A stretch of DNA of 64,000 bases from assembly GCA_030141605.1 (NCBI GenBank), contig JAQGDQ010000298.1, positions 1-64,000 of the forward strand, written 5' to 3'. Below the pieces are notes generated by a model. The model made no database searches. It was not told the DNA's origin and was given only the letters and a program-made list of their open reading frames with translations. Made by a program: the position numbers and the translations under genes. Positions 40,970 to 55,400 of this stretch are shown here, piece after piece. Each line of letters starts with the position of its first letter. Positions within the stretch are counted from its first letter, which is position 1. The stretch is from Tubiluchus corallicola. Its lineage: Eukaryota > Animalia > Priapulida.

Positions 40970-41445
40970 TTTAAAATTAAGTTTATCTTAAGAGAAAACA
41001 AAAAGAAGTTAACCACCGCTACACGTGCATTTGCAAAAGAAAGAACGCATGCGCAAGTCTATTGCGGATATAGCGAATAATTCGATTATTCTAAACAAAT
41101 GTTAACAGTAAATTATTTTTTTGTCTGACGAGAGTAGACAGTGTAAATACTAAAACATTAATTCAGCTGAGCAACATTTTATTAATACTTACGCATTTAC
41201 GAACTCGCAATAGTAAATTTTATTATTATTGCAAAGTTATAATTAAACATAAAGCAGGCGCTGAATTTACGTTACAGACCACGTGCATGCGTATTCATGC
41301 TTTTTAGTTGAATCAAAGAATTAAGAACATCTAAACTTCATAATCCAAATTACTTGTAATAAAAAAATTAAAGTATTAACGCTGGAATTCGACTGTGTCG
41401 CTTTTGAGTAATTCGTCAGATTTGAATTTTAAAATATTAGCGAGT
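40970..41445. promoter_or_regulatory. Bidirectional promoter between the two nucleolin-family genes
   Basis: Divergent ATGs at 40969 and 41446. Two CACGTG E-boxes (41022-41027 and 41280-41285) and an NRF1-like CGCATGCGCA (41046-41055). Confidence 0.75.
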
Positions 41446-44400
41446 ATGACTGTGACAAAGAAACAGAAATCGGTAGGCTCATGCTTAAACTAAGTTATAA
41501 TACAAATTACAATAATAAGTATAGTAATATTATTAGTATTTATATATATAAGTATAGTATGTTGTATATGTATAGTGTCAGTGTCCCTTTCCAACAAATG
41601 TCTTCTTTGTGGCGTAATTAACTAATTACCACTGCTTAGTACGATAGCATGATACCTGGAATCATGATACGTAATTTGCAGTTTAGGTTGTTTTCGGTTG
41701 TTCTATTTGCATTTTAGATGTTATTTAGCTGGCATGAGGTATTAAAGGCACCTTCCCTGCATGAAAAACGTGAATTCTTAAATTCTACAAGTAGAAGCGC
41801 CTGAGAATCCCAAGAACGATATGTGTGAGAGAAGTTGTCAGAAACATTCTAGCCTATGAACCCCCCAAGAGCAGCTTTCCTGTTATCACCTATCTGTTTA
41901 CTAACCAGCCTCGATATTGTTTAACTACCATAGATAAGAGTGACCTGGCATCTTGAAAATGGCATTCAGTTATTTCCTTTGCCTTGAATGAGAGAAACAG
42001 CTGTGGTCAATAGGACATATAAACAATATCTAGAAAATTTTTGCTCCGCTTTTGAAGTTTACTAGACACAGTCTTGTTTTTGAAGTGTATGTACAAGTGT
42101 GAACTAAACTTCAGCTGAACAATCATAATAATCTTTATTTCAAGTTGGATTTTGGGTCAGCAATTAACATTAGCTCAAAGAGCTATTATTGCCGACTGTA
42201 AATAACAACCTACAACTACATAACAGAGACTATTATTATCCCACTTTTACCCTAAATACCACGCGTCAGGCAGGGCAACAGCAGGTACCATTTTTAAAGT
42301 CTTATATACCGGCCGCTGGTTCGAACTCGTGACCTCCCAGACAGAAAGCAGACGCATTATCACTAAACTAAACCGTCTGATGACATTCGTCCATTTGCAT
42401 GAATTTACATAGTTTTTGCTTAAATGAATTTTGCAGGGCAAATTTAACAAGGGCGTGATACCAAAAGAGTCGAAAAAAGATGTACTGGCAAAGTATGGTG
42501 TCAAGAAGAAAGGCATAGAAGACTATGAAAATGCTGAAGATGATAGTGAAATGGATGAAGATCAAGATAACATTTTTCATAATGATGAAGATATGTCAGA
42601 TGATTTCGGAAGCTTTGACGAAGAAGATGATGATGATGATGACGATGACGAAGGTTTTTCTAATTTAATATAGTAAAATAGAAACTTTAAGCACTTATGG
42701 GAAAAGAAATGGTCAATGAAAAAAATGTTTGTCTGTGATTTAAAAAACTTGTATATATGATATACATATATGTATATAAATTTGCTTAAACAGTTTGTTC
42801 AAAAGTTTATTTAAGTCCTCAGATTTTTATGGCCATTTTCAGTTACATTAATGTACACACCATTTAGGTTGTCGGCGCTGTTACGCTCTGTTTTGTTCTG
42901 TTCTGTTTTTCCTGGGATCAATTTCAAAAAATGGACTGAAATTTTTCACACTTTTTGGCACACTACAAGCTGGACTGCTCCTCTTAATGGCATGGTCTGC
43001 CTTAGCAAATGCAGAGGGAGTGGAAAGCTCTCATTGTTGAGGTCTGCCTTGGCAAATGCAGAGGGAGTGGAAAGCTCTCATTGTTGAGGTCTGCCTTGGC
43101 AAATGCAGAGGGAGTGGAAAGCTCTCATTGTTGAGGTCTGCCTTAGCAAACAAAAAACCCAACCCGCAAATGCAGAGGGAGTGGAAAGCTCTCATTGTTG
43201 AGGTCTGCCTTGGCAAATGCAGAAGGAGTGGAAAGCTCTCATTGTTGAGGTCTGCCTTAGCAAATGCAGAGGGAGTGGAAAGCTCTCATTGTTGAGGTCT
43301 GCCTTGGCAAATGCAGAGGGAGTGGAAAGCTCTCATTGTTGAGGTCTGCCTTGGCAAATGCAGAGCGAGTGGAAAGCTCTCATTGTTGAGGTCTGCCTTA
43401 GCAAATGCAGAGGGAGTGGAAAGCTCTCATTGTTGAGGTCTGCCATGGCAAATGCAGAGCGAGTGGAAAGCTCTCATTGTTAAGGTCTACCTTGGCAAAT
43501 GCAGAGGGAGTGGAAAGCTGTCATTGTTGAGGTCTGCCTTAGCAAATGCAGAGGGAGTGGAAAGCTCTCATTGTTGAGGTCTGCCTTGGCAAATGCAGAG
43601 GGAGTGGAAAGCTCTCATTGTTGAGGTCTGCCTTGGCAAATGCAGAGCGAGTGGAAAGCTCTCATTGTTAAGGTCTACCTTGGCAAATGCAGAGGGAGTG
43701 GAAAGCTGTCATTGTTGAGGTCTGCCTTGGTAAATGCAGAGGGAGTGGAAAGCTCTCATTGTTGAGGTCTGCCATGGCAAATGCAGAGGGAGTGGAAAGC
43801 TGTCATTGTTGAGGTCTGCCTTGGCAAATGCAGAGGGAGTGGAAAGCTCTCATTGTTAAGGTCTACCTTGGCAAATGCAGAGGGAGTGGAAAGCTCTCAT
43901 TGTTGAGGTCTGCCATGGCAAATGCAGAGGGAGTGGAAAGCTGTCATTGTTGAGGTCTGCCTTGGCAAATACAGAGGGAGTGGAAAGCTCTCATTGTTAA
44001 GGTCTGCCATGGCAAATGCAGAGGGAATGGAAAGCTCTCATTGTTAAGGTCTGCCATGGCAAATGCAGAGGGAGTGGAAAGCTGTCATTGTTAAGGTCTG
44101 CCATGGCAAACACAGAGGGAGTGGAAAGCTGTCATTGTTAAGGTCTACCTTGGCAAATGCAGAGGGAGTGGAAAGCTCTCATTGTTAAGGTCTACCTTGG
44201 CAAATGCAGAGGGAGTGGAAAGCTCTCATTGTTGAGGTCTGCCATGGCAAATGCAGAGCGAGTGGAAAGCTCTCATTGTTGAGGTCTGCCATGGCAAATG
44301 CAGAGGGAGTGGAAAGCTCTCATTGTTAAGGTCTGCCATGGCAAATGCAGAGGGAATGGAAAGCTCTCATTGTTAAGGTCTACCTTGGCAAATGCAGAGG

Positions 44401-47400
44401 GAGTGGAAAGCTCTCATTGTTGAGGTCTGCCTTGGCAAATGCAGAGGGAGTGGAAAGCTCTCATTGTTAAGGTCTACCTTGCAAATGCAGAGCGAGAAAG
44501 CCATTGTTAAGGTCTTGGCAAATCAGAGGAGTGAAAGCTCATTGTTGATGTCTGCCTAAACAGTGGAAAGCCTCATTGTTGATGTCTGCCTTGGTAAATG
44601 CAGAGGGAGTGGAAAGCTCTCATTGTTAAGGTCTGCCATGGCAAATGCAGAGGGAGTGGAAAGCTCTCATTGTTGATGTCTGCCATGGCAAATGCAGAGG
44701 GAGTGGAAAGCTCTCATTGTTGATGTCTGCCTTGGCAAATGCAGAGGGAGTGGAAAGCTCTCATTGTTGAGGTCTGCCTTGGCAAATACAGAGGGAGTGG
44801 AAAGCTCTCATTGTTAAGGTCTGCCATGGCAAATGCAGAGGGAATGGAAAGCTCTCATTGTTAAGGTCTGCCATGGCAAAAATGCAGAGGGATGGAAAGC
44901 TTCATTGTTAAGGTCTCCATGGCAAACAGAGGGAGTGGAAAGCTGTCATTGTTGAGGTCTGCCTTGGCAAATGCAGAGGGAGTGGAAAGCTCTCATTGTT
45001 AAGGTCTACCTTGGCAAATGCAGAGCGAGTGGAAAGCTCTCATTGTTAAGGTCTGCCATGGCAAATGCAGAGGGAGTGGAAAGCTCTCATTGTTGATGTC
45101 TGCCTTGGTAAATGCAGTGGAAAGCTCTCATTGTTGATGTCTGCCTTGGTAAATGCAGAGGGAGTGGAAAGCTCTCATTGTTAAGGTCTGCCATGGCAAA
45201 TGCAGAGGGAGTGGAAAGCTCTCATTGTTGATGTCTGCCATGGCAAATGCAGAGGGAGTGGAAAGCTCTCATTGTTGATGTCTGCCTTGGCAAATGCAGA
45301 GGGAGTGGAAAGCTCTCATTGTTGAGGTCTGCCTTGGCAAATGCAGAGGGAGTGGAAAGCTCTCATTGTTAAGGTCTGCCATGGCAAATGCAGAGCGAGT
45401 GGAAAGCTGTCATTGTTGAGGTCTGCCTTGGCAAATGCGAAGGGAGTGGAACTTTCTCATTGTTGAGGAAAATATTCTGAGATGAGACAATGGACTGCAC
45501 ACTGCAGAGATGTTTTAGTTAGAAGTGTCTAGATATGTATAACTTTAATGAGTAGTAATGTAATTAGTAACAGTATAGCTTGATGCATAGATAAGAAATT
45601 TCCAAGCGTTGTCTGGCAGGGCATTGTATGGCAATCCAAAGACCAATGTCTGCATCAATCAATCAAGACTAATCACATTTCGTAAGATACAGTGATAAGT
45701 ATTAGGCTTTGTAGTAAATATTTTGTTACCTCTTGATAGAATAAACATTGAAGTTGTTTTAGAAAAAAAATAAAGTAAATAGAAAAAAACAGAAATTGAT
45801 TGATTGTGGTAAATGATTATCATGTCGTTTGTTCTCTGACACCCAAATTATAGATGAAGATGATTTTGATGATGACGACGATGTAGAAGAAAAAGAGCCA
45901 GAAACAACGAAAGTTTCTCCTAAACAGAAAAAGAATGACGCTGCTAAAACTCCTCTGTCACAACAAAAAGGTAACCCCTTTCTTTGAAATAATTCCCTTC
46001 TCTCATTATTCATTTCATCTTTATGAAGATCTTACCTGTTGCGTTTACATTTTGGCAAGATTGGATTTTTGTACATGAACCTCCAACGACATTTGTTTCA
46101 AATTTTCGATAAGCCGATGTCACCGGCAAGTTGTCAAATGCTTATTTATTTGATATTTAAGAATTTTAAAACTTTGTGTGTGTCTAATGTATGCTTAGTG
46201 TAGTAAGTTCTCGCTTAGTGACCCCTGTATAGCGACGTTTCATTTTAACGACAATTTTTTTTGCTTTGCACAAAACCAATTTTAATATGTCAACAACTTT
46301 TTCACTTAATTTGATGCCTTAAAACAGTACATATTGCATCATACTAAAATGCACTAGTAATGTAAACGCTGCAAACATTATATAAGTACATACGTTTTTG
46401 CTTCCCGGCTTACCACTAATTTAATGCTAACCGTTTGTATCAAGCGGGACCTGGGAGCAAACTTTAAGCCAGTAATAAGCTATCATTAGAGAAGGTCTGT
46501 TATATAAAACCATACTCTAGAGACTCTTAAGAAATAAACAATAGAATTTGTCCACCGATATGGTGCCGATATCTGGTCTAACCCATGGATTACTTGATCT
46601 TTTTCTGATCTTTATTATAAGCTGTTTGTTACAGGAAAAATTAAGCCACACAGTTTGGGAACGCCAACTGCACAGAGTCAGAGAGGGAAACAGCAGGAAA
46701 GGAAGACACCACAGAGTGAGAAAGGGAAACAGCAGGAAAGGAAGACACCACAGAGTCAGAAAGGGAAACAGCAGGAAAGAAAGACACCACAGTTAAGGAC
46801 TGATAACCAGATAATTAGTGGTACGACGAAACGTTCTCAGGCGCAACAAAAAGGTAGCATTTATGATTTGTATATGCAAAAAAAACCTGAGCATTTTAGT
46901 CATCTTTGTTTCTTATTAAGAAAGGTGCTTAACCCTTTCAGTCCCAAATTATTTTTTTAATAAGAAAAATTTTTTTGGCTTGGTACTTTTGTTCAGTATG
47001 TCCATCTTGTTTACACATAATAATTATTTTTTTCTACCTGTGCCCTTGTGCTAAATATAGCCTGTATCCCACGGGATACATTTAAGACATTTAGCATGCA
47101 TGCTATGCTGATCTGTACAAAGTCATCTCTAAAGTACTGTACCTTGTACAGTTTTTTGTGGTAGATTTTTTAGTTTGCCATTTTATCACTATTTTTAGTC
47201 TATTGTTATTGGCTTAAATCAAAATAACTATTAACAGATCAAATAACTCTCAGTTTTAAAATTTTATTAATTTTAAAGGCAGAGAATATTCTCGTATCCC
47301 ATGGGATGCAACGGGTATGAAAGGGTTAACAACATTGTATGGTAAGGATGCCATCTGCTATAATATAGATTCAGAAGCTGGAAGCAATATCTAATGAGAT

Positions 47401-49408
47401 ACATGTAGATACAAATATCTCTGAAGTTATGTGGCTAACTTTGTGCAGTTATAACTTCATTGAACATTTTTCTATGACTGATTAGTTGCTATTACAGGAA
47501 AGAGTAATAAAATTGATAGTTTGAAAACACCCCCTGCACAAAAACACGGAAGTCACCATTAAAAGAAAACATCACAGTTAGAAACAAGCAAGAAGATATC
47601 AGCTATATCAGTGATATCACTGACTGGTGTTTTTGTTTGTTTTTGCTCTTTTGATTTTGCATAGTTTTGGTATACTAGTGCGCTTAACCATGTGAAATGT
47701 ATTACAAATATTTTAGTGAAAGTACATGAATGCGTGTACTCCAAATTTCGCTGTAAGCCAAAAATGACACGGCTTGAACAAAAGTATTTCAATACGATAC
47801 TTCATTGATTGAATTATTACAAATCCGGGGAGGTGTTTACAATTCCCCACACAATTTAAATATACTAACCCTAACCTTAGCCCGCAACCTCAACCATAAT
47901 CCGGCTTCACGAACTAATTTCTTGTATGTGTGGAATCGTAAACTTTAGCCGAAATCTGTTTTTCTTGCAATAATCACTAACTTTAAAAAATGCATTTGTT
48001 GCCAGCAAAGCTGAACTATGATTATGTCTATGACTATGAATTTTATTTCACACATCAAAAATTATATCAAACACATCAATAAATTTAATATAAAATAATT
48101 TGAGTAGTGCGAGGTGAGTGTACAACCATACGGTCATTAAGACACTCACTTTACTTAAATGAAAAAATGATTATAATGATGCATGCTTCTGTAGATAAGT
48201 TAATGTAAATAATGTAATAATAGCAATGGTGTAAGAGCAATAAAACAGTGAAAGTTGAGAAAGGAAAACATGCGATATGTAATTATGACTCTGAGTGAGT
48301 CGTAAAGAGTGCAAAAATAGTTAGAAATTTGAATTATCTCTTTATCTGTCAGCGCAGTAGCAAGCAGTAATAACTGCTTATTTGTATGATAATGTATAAT
48401 GTAGAAAATTGGCATTATATATAGTATTATATTCCTACATTTTTCAGTTTATATTCATTAGAGTTTTCTGATTTCTGTGATGATGCATATTTAAAACAGT
48501 ACACGGCAAACGATCACGATCATGTCTTAAAGTCAACGAAGCACAAACTGGGCTTGTTTATTTAGTTAATATAAAAATATCTTTAAAATATCTTTGTGGA
48601 ATTTTCTTTGCTTCTGATCTGCCTAGCAACGTAAACAAATTTCCGATTTCTGAAGTTTTCAACTTGCGATTCAGTTTTCTCTTTGTTTTTTAGAATCGGT
48701 TAAGAAAACGCCGCAAAAGTTGGAAACTAGCACGCCCGTGAATAAAAAACAAAAGAAAGTACAGAAGACGCCAAAGCCAAATCTCACAGAAATCCAGAAT
48801 CAAAAAGGCAATTATTTTTATTATTATTATAAGTCTTATTTGCACACAAGTACAAATAATAATACAATACCAGCACCACCCTTGCCCCATTCACATTCTC
48901 CGGATCTCAGACGTATAACTTTTGCAAAAAACGGCCGAAAAATGGCCATTTCTGGAGGTTTTTCGGTCGTCCTGGTGGGCCCGATTCGAAAAATAAACCC
49001 CCAATGGCACAACACTAGATCGAGACCTTTCCTTTAATGTATAGATCGCCGCAAATGGTGCCGTCGTCGGAGCTGTTACCTCGAATCATATATATATATA
49101 TAAATATATTAAGCCCATACCAGTAGAATTAATATATACGATTTACAAGTGCTGCCCTCTATTTGTAGGACAAGGATTCTTAATAGTTGGTACAATCAAA
49201 CCAGAAGTTAAATATACCTATGCAAGTTAATATCACAATTAAGTTATAAATTATTTACATTGACATTCTCTTTTCCATAAATAAATATAATTAGCTGCTT
49301 TTATTTAACTATTTTTTTGAGAATGTTCTCACTTGAATCACCACATACTTTTGTTGTACCATAATGAATAAACATTGGTTTGATATACTTTCTTATAACT
49401 TACACATG

Positions 49409-49444
<36 letters not shown>

Positions 49445-52400
49445 TAATAATTTGGCTTTTTTATCAAAATAATTTATAAAAGTTTTACATTCAACTAGCT
49501 AGAAATTCATCCTTTGCTAAATAATATGATTTATATCTGTTGTTGGTATTTTATCTGTTATAGGCAAGAAACAGACCGAAACTTCAGGCTCCAAACAAAT
49601 GGCAAAAAAGAAAGCTTCGTTAATAGGTAATTGTTGCTGTGACGTTTACATTGCAACTGTTTGTTTGACAAAAAGTTTTAAGTGGATATCAATCATTAAT
49701 TAGATTATGACTGTGAATGCCAGAATGTTCATAAACAATTGTGGTTTATTTTACAACAGTTTTTACCCACAGAGTGTAATGATTTGACGAAAAAGGGAGA
49801 CGGAGAAAATTGTGAACCATTTGGGGCTTGAACCCAGGGCCAGGAATTTGACTTCCCGTGCTCTGATCCTGATTTCAATCCTGATGATGAACTTCTTTTA
49901 TTTGTAAATGTAGCAATATGTGATTTGTAGTTTAAATTGAAATTTTAAATTATTTAAAGCAATAGGAAGTTGCTTATATTCTAAATAAGGGCTTTGATGC
50001 AATATTTACAGACAGATGAACTTTTTAATATAACTTCATATCATTGATTCCTGTGTAATTTTGTATAACAAATAAATGTTTCCTATACGTTGCAGATAAA
50101 AGTGGTGATGATGATGATGACGATGATGATGAGGATGATGAAGACATGGACGATGAAGATTTTGATGAAGATGACGATGAGGATGAGGATGAGGAAGAAG
50201 ACGACGATGATGACGATGATGAAGACCTTGACGATGATGACGATGACGACGATGATGATGACGAGGAAGAGGAGGATGACGAAAGTGATCTAGATGAAGA
50301 TGAGCAAACTTCTTTACAGGAAAAAGCCCTCAAAAAATGGAGCATTGCTAAAACTCCTCAGCTGCAGGCTACAGGTAGTTTTTTAAAAAAGTGATCACTG
50401 CTTTTTGGTTAATGCCGTGCTTACCGGATATCTGGAATGGGATATGCGTTATTGCGTATCCAGCTGCAAATAAAAAAATCAATAAGAATAGCTGCAGACG
50501 CAGAAACAGCGCAGTTTCTGAGCTGTTGGTCTGAGAAACGTTCATTGGAACATGCTATAAAGTGTTTTTTTACGCAACAATGCATAGCGCATTCCGGATG
50601 TCTGGTAAACGCCCGTTTTTCTGTACTTTCGCTATCACAATGCTAATTACGTTTTTGTTGCACTTACCTTTAATGGTTGAGGAAAAGTGTGGATTTTAAT
50701 TTGTTGAAGAAAATTGTTAGTTATTAATGAAGTTTTCACTTTAAAAAATTATTTGAATCTTTCTTGTAAAGCGACCATCACCTTTTCAAGCTTTTTATTT
50801 GATTAATTGCTTCCCATTTTGCTGTGTCTACCCATTGTACAACATTTATGAACACATTGTACTACATTTATGAACACATTGTACACATTGTACAACATTT
50901 ATGAACACATTGTACACATTGTACAACATTTATGAACACATTGTACACATTGTACAACATTTATGAACACATTGTACACATTGTACTACATTTATGAACA
51001 CATTGTACAACATTTGTGAACACATTGTACACGTTGTACAACATTAAAGAACACATTGTACAACATTTAAAAACACAGTGTACAACATTTAAGAACACAT
51101 TGTACAACATTTAAAAACACAGTGTACAACATTTAAGAACACGTTGTACAACATTTAAAAACACAGTGTACAACATTTAAGAACACATTGTACAACATTT
51201 AAAAACACAGTGTACAACATTTAAGAACACGTTGTACAACTACAACATTTAAAAACACAGTGTACAACATTTAAGAACACATTGTACAACATTTAAAAAC
51301 ACAGTGTACAACATTTAAGAACACATTGTACAACATTTAAAAACACAGTGTACAACATTTAAGAACACGTTGTACAACATTTAAAAACACATTGTACACA
51401 ACACAGTGTACAACATTTAAGAACACGTTGTACAACATTTAAGAACACATTGTACAACATTTAAGAACACATTGTACATATTGTACAACATTTAAGAACA
51501 CGTAAGATGAGATTTTACACTTCATAAAATTTCATAAACCAAAACGGAAACGTATGTCATTTTTAATATTTTACAGGAACCAGTACATCCGGAAAGGGAA
51601 AATCAGCTCAAAATGCGCAGAAATCTAATGCTCAAAAACCACAGCAACTACATAAGGGTAGGATAATTGCTTTCTACTATAGCTTAAAATGAACTACAGT
51701 TAAACCTTGTCATAATGCTGCTGCTGCTACCGTCCCCCCCCCCCTTATGATGCCATCCTCACTTAACGTCCGTATTTTTTGGTAAAACAAAATGTCTGTA
51801 TTTGCATAGACTTGTATGTATTAATGCACCTTATAATTGCTAAATTTGCTATAATGCCAAACTTTTTTGCAGTACCAGATAAGACTATGTAAAAAGTTTT
51901 GACTGTATGTACATTTTGTTGAAGCAAATCCTCTTACTAATGACTTACTTTAGCAAAACTTCTTTATCTAAAAAAACTGGCAAAGCAAAATTAAGAGAAA
52001 CCAAAAACATGCAAAGATATGATGTCTGAGAATCGCAACAGCTGAATAAACGCTTGATAACCGTTTGTAGTGTTTACGACATTTGCCTTGCCAAGCTGTG
52101 TACTAACTTTTGACATTTCCTGTTTTCAGTGCTTAAGAAAACCCTCCACATACATAAAACTTGAAAATTCATCCTCAAATTTTATACCACTTAAATACTG
52201 CTTTTTTGCATACAGGGCTTGCGTCGACAGTAATGCCGTACAAAACTTGTAAATTTAAACTCCCGCAGAGATACTTTTGCAAATTACATTACTGAAGTTT
52301 AATTAGAGTTTATAAATAATATTTTTGTGTAGCTGAAAAAAGGAAGCTGGCAAGCCCGGAAATGCCGTCAAAGAAAAAGAAGGGAGCAGAATCTTCTTCT

Positions 52401-55400
52401 AAAGTTCCGTCTACAGCATCGCAATTAGCTAAGAATGAATTGGAAAGTGAAAAAAAAGAAATGGGTAATTCACATAGACATGTTGTTTTCATAATTATGT
52501 GTTGTGACATGATATGATTGATTTTAAAAAGTTGGTATCTTAATGTGTATTTTTTTGCATATAAATTATACTCCATTCAATTTAATCTTACTATAGTTTA
52601 CTTGCTTGTAGGACATACTTCAGAACACATGGTGTTTGTTACTGTCAGACATTTCATTATTAGAATAAAGTAAAAATGTCGTCCCATTTATGCCTTAGTA
52701 ATCGTCCAATAGATTTTGGCTTAAAAATGGAACTTCTAGTAACTGGTTTTGAGTTCTTCACAAAATACATGTATACACCTAATGGTTTTGTGGTACGTTT
52801 TGCAAAATGCAGAGTTAAAGATGTTGTTCATCTCTTCAGCAATATTGAGATACAATAACAAGACTGTCTCATCTGGGTTTGTCAGTAAACATGTAATGAA
52901 ATGGGTTTAAACAAATGGGTTACCCAATTAGTTTGTCATTTACTGATAATAATAAAAATCGACAGTGTTAAAATGTGTAAATTCAACAACAATGTTATTA
53001 AATTAAACAGGTTGTACGAAAGTTAAAGTGATGTTTATGGGATGCTTAAAGGACAAATACAGCATTGTTTACGAAGTTTTGGTTTTATGCAAAAAACAGA
53101 AAGAAACTGCTGTAACTAAGATTTTCTGATATTTGAACCTTTTCTGTGTGGTTATGTAAGAGGAAATAAGTTGTGAAGTGGGATGATTCCCGACGTTCCT
53201 GAAGAATGTTTGCAACTTGAGTTCGCGTGTTTTACTCGTTAGATGATGTCAGCAAAATTCTGTCGTTAGTTAGGGTAGCATTCGCGTTTGGTTGTCACAT
53301 GTCACATTTTACTGTGTAGCATTGTTTAGAAATCCACCATCATGAAAACAACAGAACATTCAAGCAAGCCGTTGCTAGTACATTTGTTTAGCCTGCGATT
53401 TTCTGAAATTTCACAAACAAAACTGGATGAATTTTTTTTGGGGGAAATGCAACTTCGAGGTTTGATTTCATCAGGAATGAAGTCAAACGATTTAATAACA
53501 TTGGAGTCAAATGTTAAAGGAAAACCGAATGATTGTGTAAACATTAGTTCAGAATAAAGAATGTTCTAAAATATCAAAAACTGCAACAGCTTATTTTAAA
53601 TTTTTGTTAACAGTAGATTAGAGTTTAGATTAAATGATAATTGCCGTGGATACTCAAATTTCATTAAACTTTCAAAGCTACGCACGGCTCAGTGAATCTA
53701 CTAAGATTAGCAACGGTACTATTTTGCCACATTCGCGTGGCCGACAAGTAGAAGGTGGGTACAGTGATAAGCATGATCATGAACTGCTGTGTTAGTTTCC
53801 TGATGTCATATGATGTGAAGCCCATTTTTCGTACAGTAACACTTATGCAAATGTGCTTGATGCGCAAGGGAATATGCTGCCATTGCACAAACTGTGGTTA
53901 GTTTCTGACATAAGCAATAGCTGTGTTCGGTTGCCGTTAATTAGCTTTCTAAGCTAACTATTCAAATATAAGGAACAATTATTAACTTTTATAGGTAAGA
54001 AAATGTATATTTTGGACAGTAAATTAAAATGAGATCGAGTCTAAACAATCGTCCGATTTTCCTTTCAGTTTTGGTTTCTTTTAATTAAAGAAAACTTGTG
54101 TTTAAGTTAAATTTGATCTGTAAACTATATAGATTTTAATATACAGCACTGCAGGCTAGTCACTGTCTAGTCTAGTACTGAAATTTTAGTATATATATAT
54201 ATATATATATATCTGTAAGTGCTTCCTGAACAAATGAAATAAACTCATATCTCGGTTTGCCAGACATCGCTTTTATGGTTGTGAGAAAAACCGGACAAAA
54301 GCTGGACAGTTAAAAGTCCCACATACTATGCTCACAGCCCGTTGTTTCGCGGCCCATCTCGTCAGTACGACGGTATCATTATGTCAGTGCAACCCAGCAG
54401 CATGTAACGCTACGTGTGTAGCTTGTATGGTAGGAGCACCCCGTACTAGCTAGACATTTTTGCGACAATTAGGTGATTCATTCTACATTATCATGAGTCT
54501 AATACACGACGCTGCTGTATTAGCTTAGTATCGCTAAATACGGACAATCGGCAAATTCCCGCTTCAGCCTGGTAAACCGAGATATGAGTATACTTCAATA
54601 TACTACTCATTGACCTGTAACTATTATGATATGTGATTTTATGTGTAGAGCAAAGGCAGAAGAAATGCCTCTATGTTGGACGGCTTCCAGAATCTGTTAC
54701 GGCTGACCAATTGAAGGCTTTGTCACCCGACATTGTAGATGTTCGGCTACGAGTTATGTACCAGAGAAGAAAAAATAAAGGAAAAGGACCAGAGCAAAAA
54801 GTAAAGAAAACGTATGTTCATCAGTTTCTTTTGTTCTGCCTTTAATAATAAAAGACGTGATACTCTGCATGTTTAATGTTTTTTTGTTTGATTAAGTGGA
54901 ACAAAGGCCAAAAAATGGGCATGGAAATATTTTTTCTTAATTCTATGAGTCATGGAAAATTTCTGTTTTTGTTTTGATACGATAAATTATTATTTTTTCA
55001 TTAGGATAGCTTTCCTCGAATTTAATTCAGAGAAAAGTGCTCGCACGAATCTAGAGAAATTACAAGGTGCAAAAATTTTGGGTCAACAAATAACAGTTCA
55101 AACAGCTGGCCTTGAACATCGATTAGGTATGTAATGTATAGTTTCCACTATATATTTATACAAAAAATATAAGAATGTTTAAAAAAAATCAGAAATTGTT
55201 GAGGAAGGATCTCTACCCTTCACTGTTCCATCTTAAAAGATTATTTTTCATATTGAACTAGGATCTGGTCCTGCCGCAGCCATGATGTAATAAATAAGCC
55301 CTGCTGTTGAGTGTTGAGTACTGGCTTGCAGTGTGCTGAATTTTGTTAAAACAACAGTCTGTCTTCTGATTTAGCAATAAGTCTTTTCACAGTATCACTT

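Noticed and set aside
42994-45468. CRISPR array or repeat-protein ORF
   Set aside because: Units are contiguous with no unique spacers, the context is a eukaryotic intron, and the 47-bp period brings stops into the frames.
49800-49872. tRNA gene on the minus strand (also 34405-34490 and 42300-42378)
   Set aside because: A B-box is present but there is no complete cloverleaf; better explained as tRNA-derived SINE remnants.
50025-50345. Poly-Ser, poly-Met or poly-His ORFs (also 35717-35923 and 60227-60444)
   Set aside because: They are antisense or off-frame readings of GAT/GAC/GAA acidic exons.
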